Shown: positions 36,401 to 49,108 of the stretch, piece after piece
Numbering within the stretch: position 1 is the first letter of the stretch
Layout: every line of letters starts with the position of its first letter
NCBI GenBank assembly: GCA_040954595.2
Contig: CM082591.2
Span: 7,926,047 to 7,990,046, forward strand
DNA length: 64,000 nucleotides
Reading direction: 5' to 3'
DNA from: Balanoglossus misakiensis
Lineage: Eukaryota; Animalia; Hemichordata
The notes under the pieces: model-generated
Told to the model about the DNA's origin: nothing
Seen by the model: the letters and a program-made list of their open reading frames with translations, nothing else
Database searches by the model: none
Position numbers and translations under genes: made by a program

Positions 36401-39400
36401 CAGAATCATTACAGTATAACTGTGTTGTCATTTAATTTAACATGATATTGTTTCATTCACTCACATAACACACTAACATAACAATCTCAATATATCTTTA
36501 CCTGATCAATTATATCATCATCACTTTCCTCTTCTACACTGTTATCACACACTTTCACTGATCTTATTCCCCCACCATCTCCTGGAAGATAATAAAACAG
36601 GAAATGTATAGTGTAATATGTACACTCTTGATTCTTTGGAAAAAATGTCTAAGACTTGAGAAATTAGCTTAGAGATAATACAGTTAACCATGCAACATGT
36701 TTTGATTTTGTTTGTCAGAAACAATTTTTATATTGCATCTTTAAAATTTATTTTGAAGTGTTTTAGTGTTTCTGTGCAGTTTGCGCCTTTGTTATAAGCT
36801 GAACCAATTATTATTCATGTAATCATGTGTAGACTGAGCACCCTCACTGACTTTAACTTTATATTTGCTCTTGTTCATGAGCACTTAAGTCTGGACTGAT
36901 TTCTGTGCTTATGAGGGAAGACTAGTTACTATTTCTTTAGTTGCAAGAGAGGATGTCAGTACAGTCTTTGACTGAGAAGCCATATTATCACTAGTGCCAA
37001 AATGTAAAAATCAGAAATGTAAAATGTAAAACTAAAAATCAGAAACTTAGGAACAGACTTACTGTTCAGGAAGAATAGTTCCAGTTCATCAAACCTGGCT
37101 TGGTCATATGTAGCTATCAACTGTAGTGGAATTCCAGCTGTGTTGGCCTCTGTCATTTCATCTGTCATCAAGATTGGTTCTAATGCCTTGGCTAAACTTC
37201 TTGAATCTTCAAGACAGCTTCCCCGCAATCTGTAGAGATTATAAAGTCTACGCATATTGACAGTGATTTGCAGAGATCCTTTTTCCATATTGGTTATGTC
37301 CACTTCACCCAGTTTATCAGTGCAGGCCTTCTTGACTTTGTTGATGTCATCACCGTTGGTTACCACTTCAGCTGCTCTTCTCTCCAACCCCTGTTTGCAT
37401 TTGTCCCAAGATGCAGAAGCCGCCTGCTGCATTGCCTCGTTCGGTGCTTCGTCTTGTAGATGCTGCTGATAGGCATTTGCATTCAGTCCGACATGGATTG
37501 TAATTGTTGTGTCAGCTGGAGATAGGAGAAAGAACCGTGATTCAGCTTGTGAAATCAACACTATATGTTTTGTAGAATTAGCTGCTTATTAGTACATACT
37601 CCCAACCACTACCCCACCCACATCCCGATTTTACAAATGTCTGTAGTTACTTATAATTAATTACTTTAGAAATGAACAGGTTTTTAAATGGTCATTTGGT
37701 CAGATAATAAGAAATTGTAGGCACAACAGAACTCAGTTTATTTTTAGAAATAAGATGGTATCTCAGTGATGTCTGTGCAGGTTTCACTATTTGACCAAAT
37801 TAAAATTGAAAGTGTAGACAGCCTAGTCTTGAAATTGAAAACTAAAGAAACAATTACCGGTATGTATCCTTAACTAGACACAGCGTAATTTACTAAACCT
37901 ATACATACCTGTTGCATTTTGTCTGTCCTTTTTAGTGCATTGGTCATGTTCATCTTCCTGTTGTTTTCTTCCCTTTGGTGTCAACATACTGGCAAATGTT
38001 GCATAACTCTTTTTGACATCTTCACTCTCCATGAGAGCCTTCTTCAGCTCTTTAGCTTCTTCAAAAGCTATCCTGGTCTTCTTGACATTCCATATTATCT
38101 TCTCTGAAATCTTATCAGATGAGTGTGACACTACAAATCTGTCTGCGTAGTATGGAAAGTATTTCTTGACTAACTTTCCAAGCTGGGAATATTCAGTGGG
38201 ATAGGTTGGTGTTCCGGATGCTACACCTTCTAAACCACTAAATCCATAGTCGACACTGAAAGGTGGTGGAAGGCAAATGTCCGATTGACAAAGTGATCTC
38301 TTTAAGGTCTTTGCCGAGTAAGCAGGGAGAAGATGTGCCTTTACGTGATCGCTGTTTATCTGCTGTAGGAGATATTTTCGTTCAGCATGACCTGCTTGTC
38401 GAGAAGCTCCCTGTACTGACCATTTCAGAAGTTTGTCATAAACATCTTTCAGTACTTTTGCTGCACTTCCAATAGAAGCTGCTAGTGTCTCACATCTGTC
38501 CAGGGCTTCTTGGGTATCAATCTGTCCGTATGTCAGTATGCTGTGAGTTGTCACTTCATCTGGTAACTTTGGGTCCATCTTGAAAAAGACTTCAGCAGGT
38601 TTGGGTAAAATCTCTGCATGAGGGATCATGTGTAGTTCCCTGTCATCAAAGGTAGCCCGGTATTCGTTCTGGAAATGCTCATACACACTTGGACCAATTG
38701 AGAATATGATGTCAGCTTCACTGGCCATCTTCAGCATCATTTCACTGAACTTTTCTGTTGATAATCCCAGCAGACAGTTATCATCTTCATAGGCATGGTT
38801 GATCATCACTAGTTCTGCACCTGGAAACACTTTCTCTCTGATGTCTGCAGCAGCGAGGAAAGTCTTGGGAGCATAACCAACAACATGCTGGATGTTTACA
38901 AGCTTTTGTAAGTCCGGATAGTAGATTTTATGATACATCAACCACTTTAATTCTGGCTTGTCTTCATCTGGGTCGATTCTTCCCTGTCTTTGTGCTGGAA
39001 TCAATTTAACATCACAACTGGCAGCATCTGCCTTCTGGTCATCACTGACTTTGACACCAACAAAGGTGGAGTAGGCTTGCACAGGAGTTCCTTCTTCTTC
39101 TTTCCTTGCACAGAAATCTTGTACAAGAATTCTGTGAAACCCAGTCAAGCCACAATCTTCTTTGTTCCATTCATCATGCACAAACAATACTCCAGGAGGT
39201 GGATCAGGAAGATGGAGTTGATGAAGTTTGGCTTCAGGGAAGAGACTTTTATGAATTGCCACTGCAGCATTTTTTGTCTTTGGAGAGATTCCCACTACAT
39301 GCTTGATGTTTTGCAGTCCCTTCAAGCCTGGGAAGTATGTACCATGGTTAAAAAGCCAGTTTACTCCAGGGGGGTCTTCAAGAAGATCCATCCTCTCGTC

Positions 39401-40462
39401 TCTTATAGCTGGGATCAAAGTAACATCAAATTTCTCTGCATCTTTCTTTTGTTCTTCACTCACTTCAACATCAAGTGTAGTACAGTAGGCTTGAGAAACT
39501 TTCTCTGACTTCATCAGGGTTTCTTCTCGAAATTTTGTGACAAGCTGATGAGTTGGTGTTGTTGTCTGATCTTCTGATTCTGTCTGCCAGGTTTGCATGA
39601 CCATTAATGCTGCCACAGGTGGTGGGTTAGGAAGACTGAGTTGATGAAGTTTGGCTTCAGGGAAGAGACTTTCTTGAATTGCTTTGGCTGCATTCTGTGT
39701 CTGTGGAGAATATCCGACTACATGTTGGATGTTTTTCAGTTTCTTCAGTCCTGGGTAGTAGATTGAGTGACTGACAAGCCAGTGTTCTCCAGGTGGATCT
39801 TTCTTTGGATCCAACCACTTGTTTCTTTTGGCTGGGATCAAAGTGACATTCACACTCTTTGCATCTTTCTTTTGTTCTTCACTCACTTCAACTTCAAGGG
39901 TAGTACAGTGGAATTCAAAAACTTCATCTGGTGGCTTCAGTTTTTCTTCTCGAAATTTAGTGACAAGTTTGTGAGTTGGTGTTGTGTGATCTTCTGATTC
40001 TGTCTGCCAGGTTTGCATGACCATTAATGCTGCCACAGGTGGTGGGTTAGGAAGACTGAGGTGGTGAAGTTTGGCTTCTGGGAAGAGACTTTTACGAATT
40101 GCAGCTGCTGCTTTGTGTGTGTTTGGAGAATATCCGACTACATGCTGGATGTTTTTCAGCCCCTTCAAGTCTGGAAAGTATGTACCATGGTGAATAAGCC
40201 AGTGTACACCAGGGGGGTCTTCATGAGGATCCAACCACTCACTTTTTGTAGCTGGGATCAAAGTAACATCAACACTCTCTGCATCTTTCTTTTGTTCTTC
40301 ACTCACTTCAACTTGAAGGGTTGTACAGTGGAATTCAGAAACGTTCTCAGACTGGAGTGTGTTTTCTTGGAGATGTTTGATTATAGCTTGAGTTGGTTGG
40401 GAGGTCTTTGCCTCCTTGTCCCATGATTTCAATACAACCAGTGCTGCAGATGGTTCTGACAT
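26636..40462 (-). CDS. Multi-exon gene, copy 2 (~1867 aa), paralog of copy 1. Exons: 40462-37909, 37515-37063, 36581-36502, 36316-36238, 36053-35793, 32847-32311, 31966-31163, 27471-26636
   Basis: Same splice sites and phases as copy 1; total 5604 nt, divisible by 3; exon length differences are in frame. Confidence 0.8.
28908..30011. mobile_element. PIF/Harbinger-like MITE
   Basis: TIR gggaccgttcag...ctgaacgtccc, TAA TSD; empty site gtccctaattt at ~6762. Confidence 0.8.
30675..31109. mobile_element. Foldback MITE with ~200-bp near-perfect TIRs, CACAGGG termini and a 7-bp TSD (P-element-like)
   Basis: TSD cttttac at 30668-30674 and 31110-31116; empty site at ~7019. Confidence 0.9.
31163..31966 (-). 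CDS. Exon 7, copy 2: 36-aa tandem repeat linker, three 108-bp units longer than copy 1
   Basis: 804 nt versus 480 nt (difference 324 = 3 x 108). Confidence 0.75.
32311..32847 (-). CDS. Exon 6, copy 2: coiled coil
   Basis: Near-identical to 7891-8427 with the same splice sites. Confidence 0.85.
33000..34181. mobile_element. 1.18-kb MITE with long imperfect TIRs, CACAGGG termini and a 7-bp TSD (P-element-like)
   Basis: TSD gtaggat at 32993-32999 and 34182-34188; empty site at ~8570. Confidence 0.9.
34339..35643. mobile_element. hAT-like non-autonomous element (CAGGG termini)
   Basis: TIR cagggttttcgctaa / ttagtgaaacccctg; cagttg flanks both ends; absent from copy 1. Confidence 0.7.
34890..35347. 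mobile_element. Nested MITE with ~155-bp TIRs, TAG...CTA termini and a 9-bp TSD (AcademH- or MULE-like)
   Basis: TSD gtgagatcg at 34881-34889 and 35348-35356. Confidence 0.85.
35793..36581 (-). CDS. Exons 3-5, copy 2 (36581-36502, 36316-36238, 36053-35793)
   Basis: Same sizes and splice sites as in copy 1. Confidence 0.7.
37063..37515 (-). CDS. Exon 2, copy 2: TRADD-N-like domain
   Basis: Paralog of 10391-10846 with a one-codon deletion. Confidence 0.65.
37909..40462 (-). CDS. Coding exon 1, copy 2: three ~140-aa repeats + GT4-like glycosyltransferase
   Basis: 872-aa ORF; exon is 420 nt (one repeat) longer than in copy 1. Confidence 0.8.
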
Positions 40463-41057
40463 TGTATTCCTATCAGGAGGAAGTATGGGCAAGGAAATAT
40501 GTGAGATTGTAACAACTGTTTCTCTGAAGAGTCACTGTTTAAATATCCATGCACATAGTCACATTGCAATACTGAGTAGGGAGCTAGAAGGTCAAATGAG
40601 GTCACAGTGGATTAGAAATCATGCTACAACATGTCTGATTAAATATTAACTCGATACTGCAATATATGACATCATAAGTGACCATACAAATACACAGTTT
40701 TACAAAATATACTAATTACCATAATCATTATTTAGGATTTGTTGTTATTAGTGTTACATCTACCGGTAGTAACTAAAAGAATAAAGTGCTTTTCAGTGAG
40801 AACATGAAAGTGTTAAATTATGAGAATTTTAAGTTTGTAGACCTCCATATGACCAATGGCCAGGATGTGTGGTACTTTGTTACTTGTATAGCCTTTGTTA
40901 TAGATTGGCGACAAAACGTGTTGTTAATATACATGTACAGTTATTCTACATGATTGACAGATTGATACTGTGGAAGGGCAGTGGAGCCTGGAAGGTCAAA
41001 TGAGGTCACACCGCGACAATATGTATGGGTTAAATGTTAACTATACTATACCGTACA

Positions 41058-41371
41058 TTATATTATACCAGTATATTGATGGTGTAAATCACGCTATTTG
41101 ATTGGTCGAGACACGACACGTGACCGTGATATATTAGCCATATACCACAGTCATATATCATAGTTAAAGAAAATGCCTTTTTAAAATGTTTTATGCAAAG
41201 TTTCAATATACTGGCATAATATAATAGCAATAAAACACCCCCAGCCATGGTATACCACTCGATTTTGACCAGTTCAACTCCATATACGCACTCGCTATCG
41301 CTCGTGCGTATATGTCGTGAACTGGTCAAAATCTCGTGATATACCATGGCTGGGGGTGTTTTATTGCTTAA
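41058..41371. mobile_element. Copy of the ~315-bp palindromic element
   Basis: Matches 9525-9839; not present at the paralogous site 14394. Confidence 0.85.
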
Positions 41372-42474
41372 TTAACACCATGTCCAAGTATAATGGACAG
41401 AATAGCTAAACCTTAATCTAAATTCTGTTATCATTACTTAAAGGTGTGTGATCACAATCTATTATTTGGTACCTTGTTATCTTATCAAATATTTGCAGTG
41501 TGCAGACCACAGTTACCAGCAGCATTATGGTATTTGTAAAGTTTAGGTTTGAAATGATCCATCAAAAGTGTTCTTGGGAGAAATAAATGTTGAAATGTCA
41601 ATCATTACTTATTTATCAAATTGAACTGCATGCAGTGCATTTAAAATAAGTTTCATTCTTTCATTTTCAATTCATGTCTGGAAGGGAGCATTCAAAAAAT
41701 TGACATGACAGCTTTTCCCCACACAGATTTAGACATGGTGAGTACACACCACGTCTATTATTAATATTCATGCCGCCTCCCTTTTTTACAGGAAGTACTT
41801 TAGAAATATTTTTTTGTCTGTCCACACAGTTTTGGTCGATAATGCGACGCATTCTCGTAATCACTCGAATACGATGCGTTATCGACCAAAATTTGTGTAA
41901 TTACCCATAAATCTGTCCACACAGCGTTGACTCAGTGATCAGCGCGACAGTTCGCTGCGCGCTCGAGCGACGTACAGGGCATAGGACTCTAGTGGAGAGG
42001 GGTGTTGTAAACTTTGGTAATTAGAAGCTGTAATAACGTTTTCAAAGCTGGCGGTTTTGTCATGTTGAATGTATCATTTTTACTTCTTCAGAATTCGCAA
42101 TGCGAAATAATTAGGGGTTATTACACGAATTTTGGTCGATAACGCGTCGTATTCGAGTGTGTCCGTATTTTGACGAGTTGCGCTTCGCAACGAGTCAAAA
42201 TACGGACATCACGAGAATGCGTCGCATTATCGACCAAAATTCGTGTAATAACCCCTATATCATACATGCCTACCTATAAAACAGTACGATTTGCGAAAAT
42301 GCGCCGAGAAAAACAATTTCAAATTTGAACCGGGCGCTGGGATCACGGCAGTAGCCATGTTGTGACATATGATGTGTGGGCCGTAGTATCATTTTAAGGG
42401 GGTTGGCAGCTTTCATTACGATGGGCACATCCTCATTCTAAATAAAATTGTCTACGTTCTCTTTCAAAATATCA

Positions 42475-44565
42475 TTAGGGGACCAAGCGCCCTCAGGCGC
42501 TTGGTCCCCTTCTGTTATTGCTGGAGTTTTTCTTCTTTCTTCTTGAGTCGTTTTTTTGCTCCCGTTTTTCTCAAAATCGACGTGGCCTAGGACCTTGAAA
42601 TTTGGCACGGTGATTGGGGCCCATGAGTACTGGTGCACCTGCCCTTTAAATTTGTAATTAGTCACGTGACTTGGTGGCTATAATCGAGCGAAATTTTCAA
42701 ATTGACCTAATTTGCACGTTAATGGGGGCATGTACATTCTTTTCGCGATTTTTGTAGACCATGTGGCCAAAATCCCCTATGCAAAATTGCAAGGTCCTAG
42801 GCCACGTCGATCTTGAGAAGAAGATTTTTGTAATATTTTTCGCATTTTTTGGTGGGCTGAGGATGAACACTGGGGCATCGGACTTTGAACGTCATTACGT
42901 AATGTTGTGGAGATCTCATTAGCAGGCGGGTTGCACTAGTCCTTGAAAAAATCGGCTGGAATACGTAAACAGACCAGTGATTATTTTCCACGGAATGAAT
43001 TTTGGGACAACACATTATCGGAGTTCAGGCTGTGTTAGGGCGTTTTATTGAATTACGCTGAGTTTGTTAGCTGTTGCCGTTCAAATGTGTCTACGCAGAC
43101 CCGGCTACACTGGTTAACATTCAATGTAATGTGGCAGCGGACTTTGACCCTCAGTCGCTAATGTTGTAGGAGGTTTCATCATTAGCATGGTAGTCACATG
43201 TAGTGGATAGTAGTTCGGGAAATTGGCCTAAATACGTAAGCAGACCAGTGATTTTCTTGCACGAAGGGAGTATAGTACCATCAGAGATCAGGCTTCATTG
43301 CCGTTCAAAAGTTCCTACTTCAGTCGTGACGTTGCAACTGGACGTTCAGTATTGGGTTTGGCCCGCAGGTGGCCGTGGGGGTTATCAGGTCCCCCGTAAT
43401 GGCACGCAGCTTCATGCAGCTGTATGGGACCAAAATAATACGCCCGATTCGGGGGGTCACCTGTGACACCTGCGTAACTCTATTATGTGCATGTGTAATT
43501 GTGGGGTCAATGAAAGGGGTGCTAGCGTGGTATTTGTTGCACATGGATCAATACGAAGTCCGATTTTCCTGTCAAGTTGTGGGCGACCTTATGTGACATT
43601 TCACCTACTTTTGCTTAGTGAATAACAGCAGATGCATGCAGCTTTGGCGTGGTGGGGGGGGGGGGGGTGGGGATATACGGATGGGACCATAATGATATAC
43701 CAAAGGCGGGGTCACCTGTTGCACCTGCCTAAGTCATTGATTTTGTACATTTAATTGGACACTAACCAACAGGGCGATATGTGTGGTTTTTGTTCCACAG
43801 GGACGAATGTAAGTGTCAGTTGGTTTTTGCCCAAATGTATAAGGTGATTTGGATGACCTCTGTCGTACAGTGCCATATCTCAGCACGTTGTACAGGTGCA
43901 GCTTTGGTATTTGGAGGGATGAAACTATCATAAAATGCCAAATACAGGGGGATACCTGTGACACCTGCTTGATTCATGTATTACGTGCATACCTAATGGT
44001 AGGCAAAGTGAAAGGGCTGCAAATGTAGGATTTGTTGCACATGACATAAGCAGGAATGAAAATTCTTTGACAAAAATTAGGGAGACCTCAGGTGTCCATT
44101 GACCTGCTTTCCATATGTTAGCATGCACATCATATATAGCCAGGTGTTTGGAGGGGTAGGGTAGGACCCTTTGCGTCATGAAATGCTAAATTCCTGGGGC
44201 CACCTGTAACTTACTTGCGAAACTCATTATTATGGCCATATATAATTTGACCAACCCAAAGGGCGAGTATTTTCCGTTGTCTTGAATATGAACCAAATAA
44301 GAATCCTAATTTTTGGTCCAATTTTTGAGTACCCTCACCTGGCCTTTGAAGTACTTACTGAAGTATGGTATTTACAACGGAGAAGTTCACCTTTGTTTGT
44401 TGTGTTTGTACTTGTAGGACATGCATTTCGGGTGGTTGCCTACTTCCCTATATCTCAACATCGAGAGCAAATACAGCCTACGCATTTGAATGGTACAACC
44501 CTGAATGGATTCTAATGGTTATTAACTCTATGCTTGGGCCCCTTCAATGCTGCTTGCAGCTTTAA
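42475..44565 (+). mobile_element. Non-autonomous Helentron (HINE/DINE-1-like) element
   Basis: 5' hairpin aggggaccaagcgcc-tca-ggcgcttggtcccct followed by a (ttc)n-like tract; 3' subTIR cttgggcccct plus stem-loop gctgc-tt-gcagc; it interrupts another repeat (atatca|tgttaac). Confidence 0.65.
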
Positions 44566-46212
44566 TGTTAACAATTATCTTGCATTGAGAATTTCGAAGA
44601 ACTAAAAATGATGCATTCAACATATCTAAACCGCCAGCTTTGAAAACTTTATTACAGCTTCTAATAACCGAATTTTACCACACCCCTCTCCACTAGAGTC
44701 CTATGCCCCGTGTGTCGCTCGCGCGCGCAGCGAACTGTCGCGCCGAGACGCGGACGCGATATTTTCACATTGTGAAATACCGTAAAATATCTTCGGGGCG
44801 AGAAGATAAGAAAGTGTTAAATACAGGCGTTGCATGTATGATAATTGTTAACATGATATTTTGAAAGAGAACGTAGACAATTTTATTTAGAATGCAGGTG
44901 TGCCCATCATTATTATGTCAACCCCCTTAGAATAATACTACGGCCTGCACGTTGATCACCTGATCGCATCACCCTGTCGATGTCTCACTTGGCTATGGGC
45001 TCACTTCTTCGGAATTCTCAATGCAAAATAATTGTTAACATGATATTTTGAAAGAGAACATAGACAATTTTATTTAGAATGAGGATGTGCCCATCGTAAT
45101 GAAAGCTGCCAACCCCCTTAGAATAATACTACGGCCTACACGTTGATCACCTGAACGCATCGCCCTGTCTCACTTGGCTATGGGCTACTGTCGTGATCCC
45201 AGGGCATCCGGTTCAAATTTCTGGCCGTGAAATTATTTTTCTCGGCACATTTTCGCAAATCATACTGTTTTATAGGTAGGCAAGTATGATAAAGGGGTTA
45301 TAACACGAATTTTGGTCGATAACGCGACGCATTCTCGTAATCACTCGAATACGATGCATTATCGACCAACATTCGTGTAATTACCCATAAATCACATATG
45401 TGTAAATTGTTCAGATCTATTAATTCAAATGAATAAAAATCGTAGAGAATTACATGTATTTCTGATGTAATTCTTTTTGAGAGTTTTCGTGTGTTTCTGT
45501 CACATGGGGAAGGCGTCATGGTTGAGGACAGAAAGAATAATAAGACTGTCACAATATATCACCAACTTCAATACAACATACCTCTTAATTTTGTAACAGA
45601 GTGGTTGATTCCTTCACAAGGTAGAACTTCAATCCATGGTTCACTGCCAAAGCTACAGTAGGTTCAATTGTCATAAACAGGAGAAATCCCTGAGTCTGGT
45701 TCCAAGTACCACAGAGCTGCTCAGTACTTGTCATATACCTGTGTTGTAGATGTGATATCAGAGTTTGGAATCTCTTTGCCAGTCCACCCATTTACAACAT
45801 GTCACCTACCAGGGGTACATGTATATGTATTCAGTGTATCCAGTTAAAAAACAAGATCATCAGCTCCACTGTATAACATACCTCAAAAAACGGTTGTAAA
45901 ATAGTGGTTGATTCCTTCACATGTTAGAGCTTCAATCCAGGTACACTAATAAATGTAGGAATCCTCAAATTATACAAGGAAGTTGGTGTTCACCAGGAGA
46001 AAAAAAAAACTGCAGAAAAGTTCCAGTGTGTGGCCTTGAGTACCTTGGAGCTAACACAATGCTTGTCATGTGATCTGTAAAATATGTTGTAAAGAATATG
46101 GCCAAAGAAAGTGAATTCTTTGTTTTGCACCCACTCAAACTACTGAAAAGGTTATGGATAAGTGATTGAAAATCAAATACAGGAAATTGAATACATTAAA
46201 TTCCAGTTTCAT

Positions 46213-47664
46213 TTTTAGGTCCCATTGGTATGTACCATGGGACCTTATGGGATTGGTTGCGTCTGTATGTATGTATGGATGGATGTATGTATGGATGGAT
46301 GTATGTCTGTATGTCTGTCCACATCAAAAACTTGAAAACCGCTGCGCGTATCACCTCAATATTTGGTGTGCTGATGCAGGCAGGGCTGTATATGGGAGTT
46401 TGTTCAAACGAAGTTGCCAGGCCACAAAAATATGCAAATTAGCTTGTAAAATGTGAAATTGGTCAAAACTCAAAAACTCGACAACCACTGGTCATATTGA
46501 TTTGAAAATTGGTATGCATGTACCTTCCGTCAACCTCATACAGTCCTGTATGTTTTGAGCTAATATTATCGATTTCCTATTTTTTATGCATTTTTTTGTA
46601 TTTTTCTATGTTATTGGTAAAAAGTCTTCATTTCTGAAAGTGATGGGCTTACTTCTTTGAAATTTAGTATGAAGCTTCCTAATGGTTGTCTGAGTAACCA
46701 TAGTTTTGTTCAAATTGTTGCAAAATTTGCATATTTATAATTTTGAGCAATATTTGCCATTTTTGGTCAAATTTTTTTTTCTTTAAAACCGCATGCCAGA
46801 TTGCTTTGCAATTTTGTAGGCATGTTCGTAGGGGTGACCTAAGTAATGTGTTGTAAACAAATGTGATATTTGCATAAATGTGTTATCGGGGAAACTTTTG
46901 CAATTTTTATCAAACATTGTTTTCTCTGAAACTGCTTGTCATATTGCATTGAACTTTGGCAGCATGTTCCTTGTAGTGATTGACGTAAGATATTGTACAA
47001 TTTTGGTGATATTTGCATATTTGTGTTTTTGCCACTTTTGAACAAATATTTTCTGTGAAACTGCTTGTTGGATTGCTTTGAAATTTGTTTTTTTCTCTGA
47101 TTGCTTTGAAATTAAGGATATAATTTCATAACACACACATGTATATGTGCAACTTTTATTCAATTCTGATATAAGAAATATTCAATATTTAGGGAGTTTT
47201 TTTGTAAGTTTCTTTGTTTTTGGTTAGCAAATCTTCTTCTAAACCAATTGTCCAGTTGTTTTTAAAGTTACTATTTACAAGGATTTGTTACCCCGAACTA
47301 AGACATGTTTACATAACTTTAATAGGCCAGCTGTTACAGAGACCACCAGCTATTAAAGTTTTAATTACCAGTGGCAGGTCAGTGTGTGTCTGTCTGTCTG
47401 TTCCAGGGCTGACTGAAAGAAGTTGCTTCTCATATGTGTTTGTACAGACAATTTTTGGTCAATTTTTTTTTCTAGCACCACTTGTAAGACTGCCATGACA
47501 CATGACAGTTTATTGGGCATGTTCCTTGTTAATTTTTTTACATTCCATATTACTATATGGTAAGATCATATCTGCTTGCAATGTCACCTGTAATTTTTAT
47601 TCTGGTGTGTCACTGTTTCCACATAATCCTCAAATGGGACCACAGTGTCCTTGACACTATTTTT
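46213..47664 (+). mobile_element. Non-autonomous Helentron (HINE-like) element
   Basis: 5' ggtcccattgg...ccatgggacc, (gtat/ggat)n microsatellite, 3' aatgggacc plus agtgtc-ctt-gacact hairpin, T-run flanks. Confidence 0.65.
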
Positions 47665-49108
47665 GGATCCTTGTTAAAGAAGTATTGACCAATACAAAAT
47701 CAAACTAGTATTTTTTACCTTCATTCTTCATAACACACCTCAACCTTACAGGTGATTTGAGCAAATTATGTAGAATTTGTAACAGAGTTTTCTGGTCAGA
47801 AAATTCTAGACGGGGATGATCCTGTGTCTTTGTCAAAAATCTTTAAAAACAAATGAAACAAAAAACACACACGATGTGCATGAGGGTGCAAAACAAAGAG
47901 TTTACTTACAGTGGCCCAACACAGTCGAGATCCAGACACTGTCAAAGTTCAATTGCCAGTCTCCATTGACAACATGTCAGCTATTCAAATCTAGAAACCT
48001 TTGAAAAAAAGGCCTACAGCTTCATGAACTCAAGGGTTATTAGGACCTTTCACTAAAGTTTTTGATATTCTTTAATGCTTTAATATTTTGACGCCGTCTA
48101 CTCAACTTAAAGTAGAAATTGTTTTTCTGTTTCACTTTGAGACTAGCCTATGTAATGAGGTGAAGGTCAAATAAGGTCAACATCCACTGTGTCACTTGTT
48201 TAAAAAGTAAAACAAGTATAGTATTATGGTTTATATTTTGCAAGGAATCAAGTACTACCTATACTCATATTTTTTTCAGCAAATAAGTGCTACAGATCTA
48301 ATTGAAGAATGCAAAAATAGGTTTTGATTAATTGTATTTTTTCTGTCATAAAGGGATTCAAGTGTTATCGCTTGGGTGTGATAATAATTGCTGCAAATGG
48401 CTTTTTCTTTGCTTTCTTTTTTCATTTGATCGTTTAATTATAACATTGTAAAATATGTCAAATTGGAACTCTGGAAGAGACAATGAATTGTGCGGCTGTT
48501 TTTAGTTTTACATGGTAGAGTTTTACATGGTAGAGTTTTACATGGTAGAGTTTTACATGGTAGAGTTGAAATCTAAGCCGACCCAACTTCAACCCTTTGA
48601 CCCCTCACTCTTGTATTTTCGACTCTCTTAAATACAATGTATTACTGAGAAGAGAATGAATGTAAGCTTTGACCAGGTACAGCTCACAAATACCGGTATA
48701 TTGAACTGAAAGTGGGACACATCATCGCATTATACCAATGAACCGTCCCAATTATTTTGGTTCTTGTGAGCTGTTTGTCTCTTCCTGTATTTGGACAAAT
48801 CTTTGCATATGTACATTCATTGGAAACTGTACATATTGTTTTTGCATTAAAGTTCCATCTCTGGCAAGCAATTATTTGTCAAATATTCTGTAGACTTTGT
48901 TTGAGGAGCCAATTCTTTCACCCAATGGTGGATATTAAAAACCAATAGTGAAATGTGATTTTTTCTTGAAGACAACCGGGTGGCAACTGAAAGTGTTACC
49001 ATAGCAACACATTAAAAATCAAGTCACATTAGAAATATACTTTTTTTTCTGTGTATATGAAATCAATTTCCCCCTATTAGATATCAGTTTTTGTTTATTT
49101 AAACTGTT

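Larger units (their letters stand above)
430..41830. repeat. Tandem segmental duplication: unit 1 ~430-16020, unit 2 ~16020-41830
   Basis: Colinear near-identity of exons, introns and intergenic DNA (e.g. 1075-4240 vs 16943-19550; 4618-15160 vs 26591-41825). Confidence 0.9.

Noticed and set aside
430-41830. Duplication as an uncollapsed-haplotype artefact
   Set aside because: Not fully excluded in a heterozygous animal, but clustered NHL changes, different repeat counts and many private insertions favour real paralogs; spanning reads would settle it
42475-44565. GC-richer stretch with several 70-90-aa ORFs as a possible gene or transposase
   Set aside because: No recognisable motifs; it is the interior of a non-autonomous element
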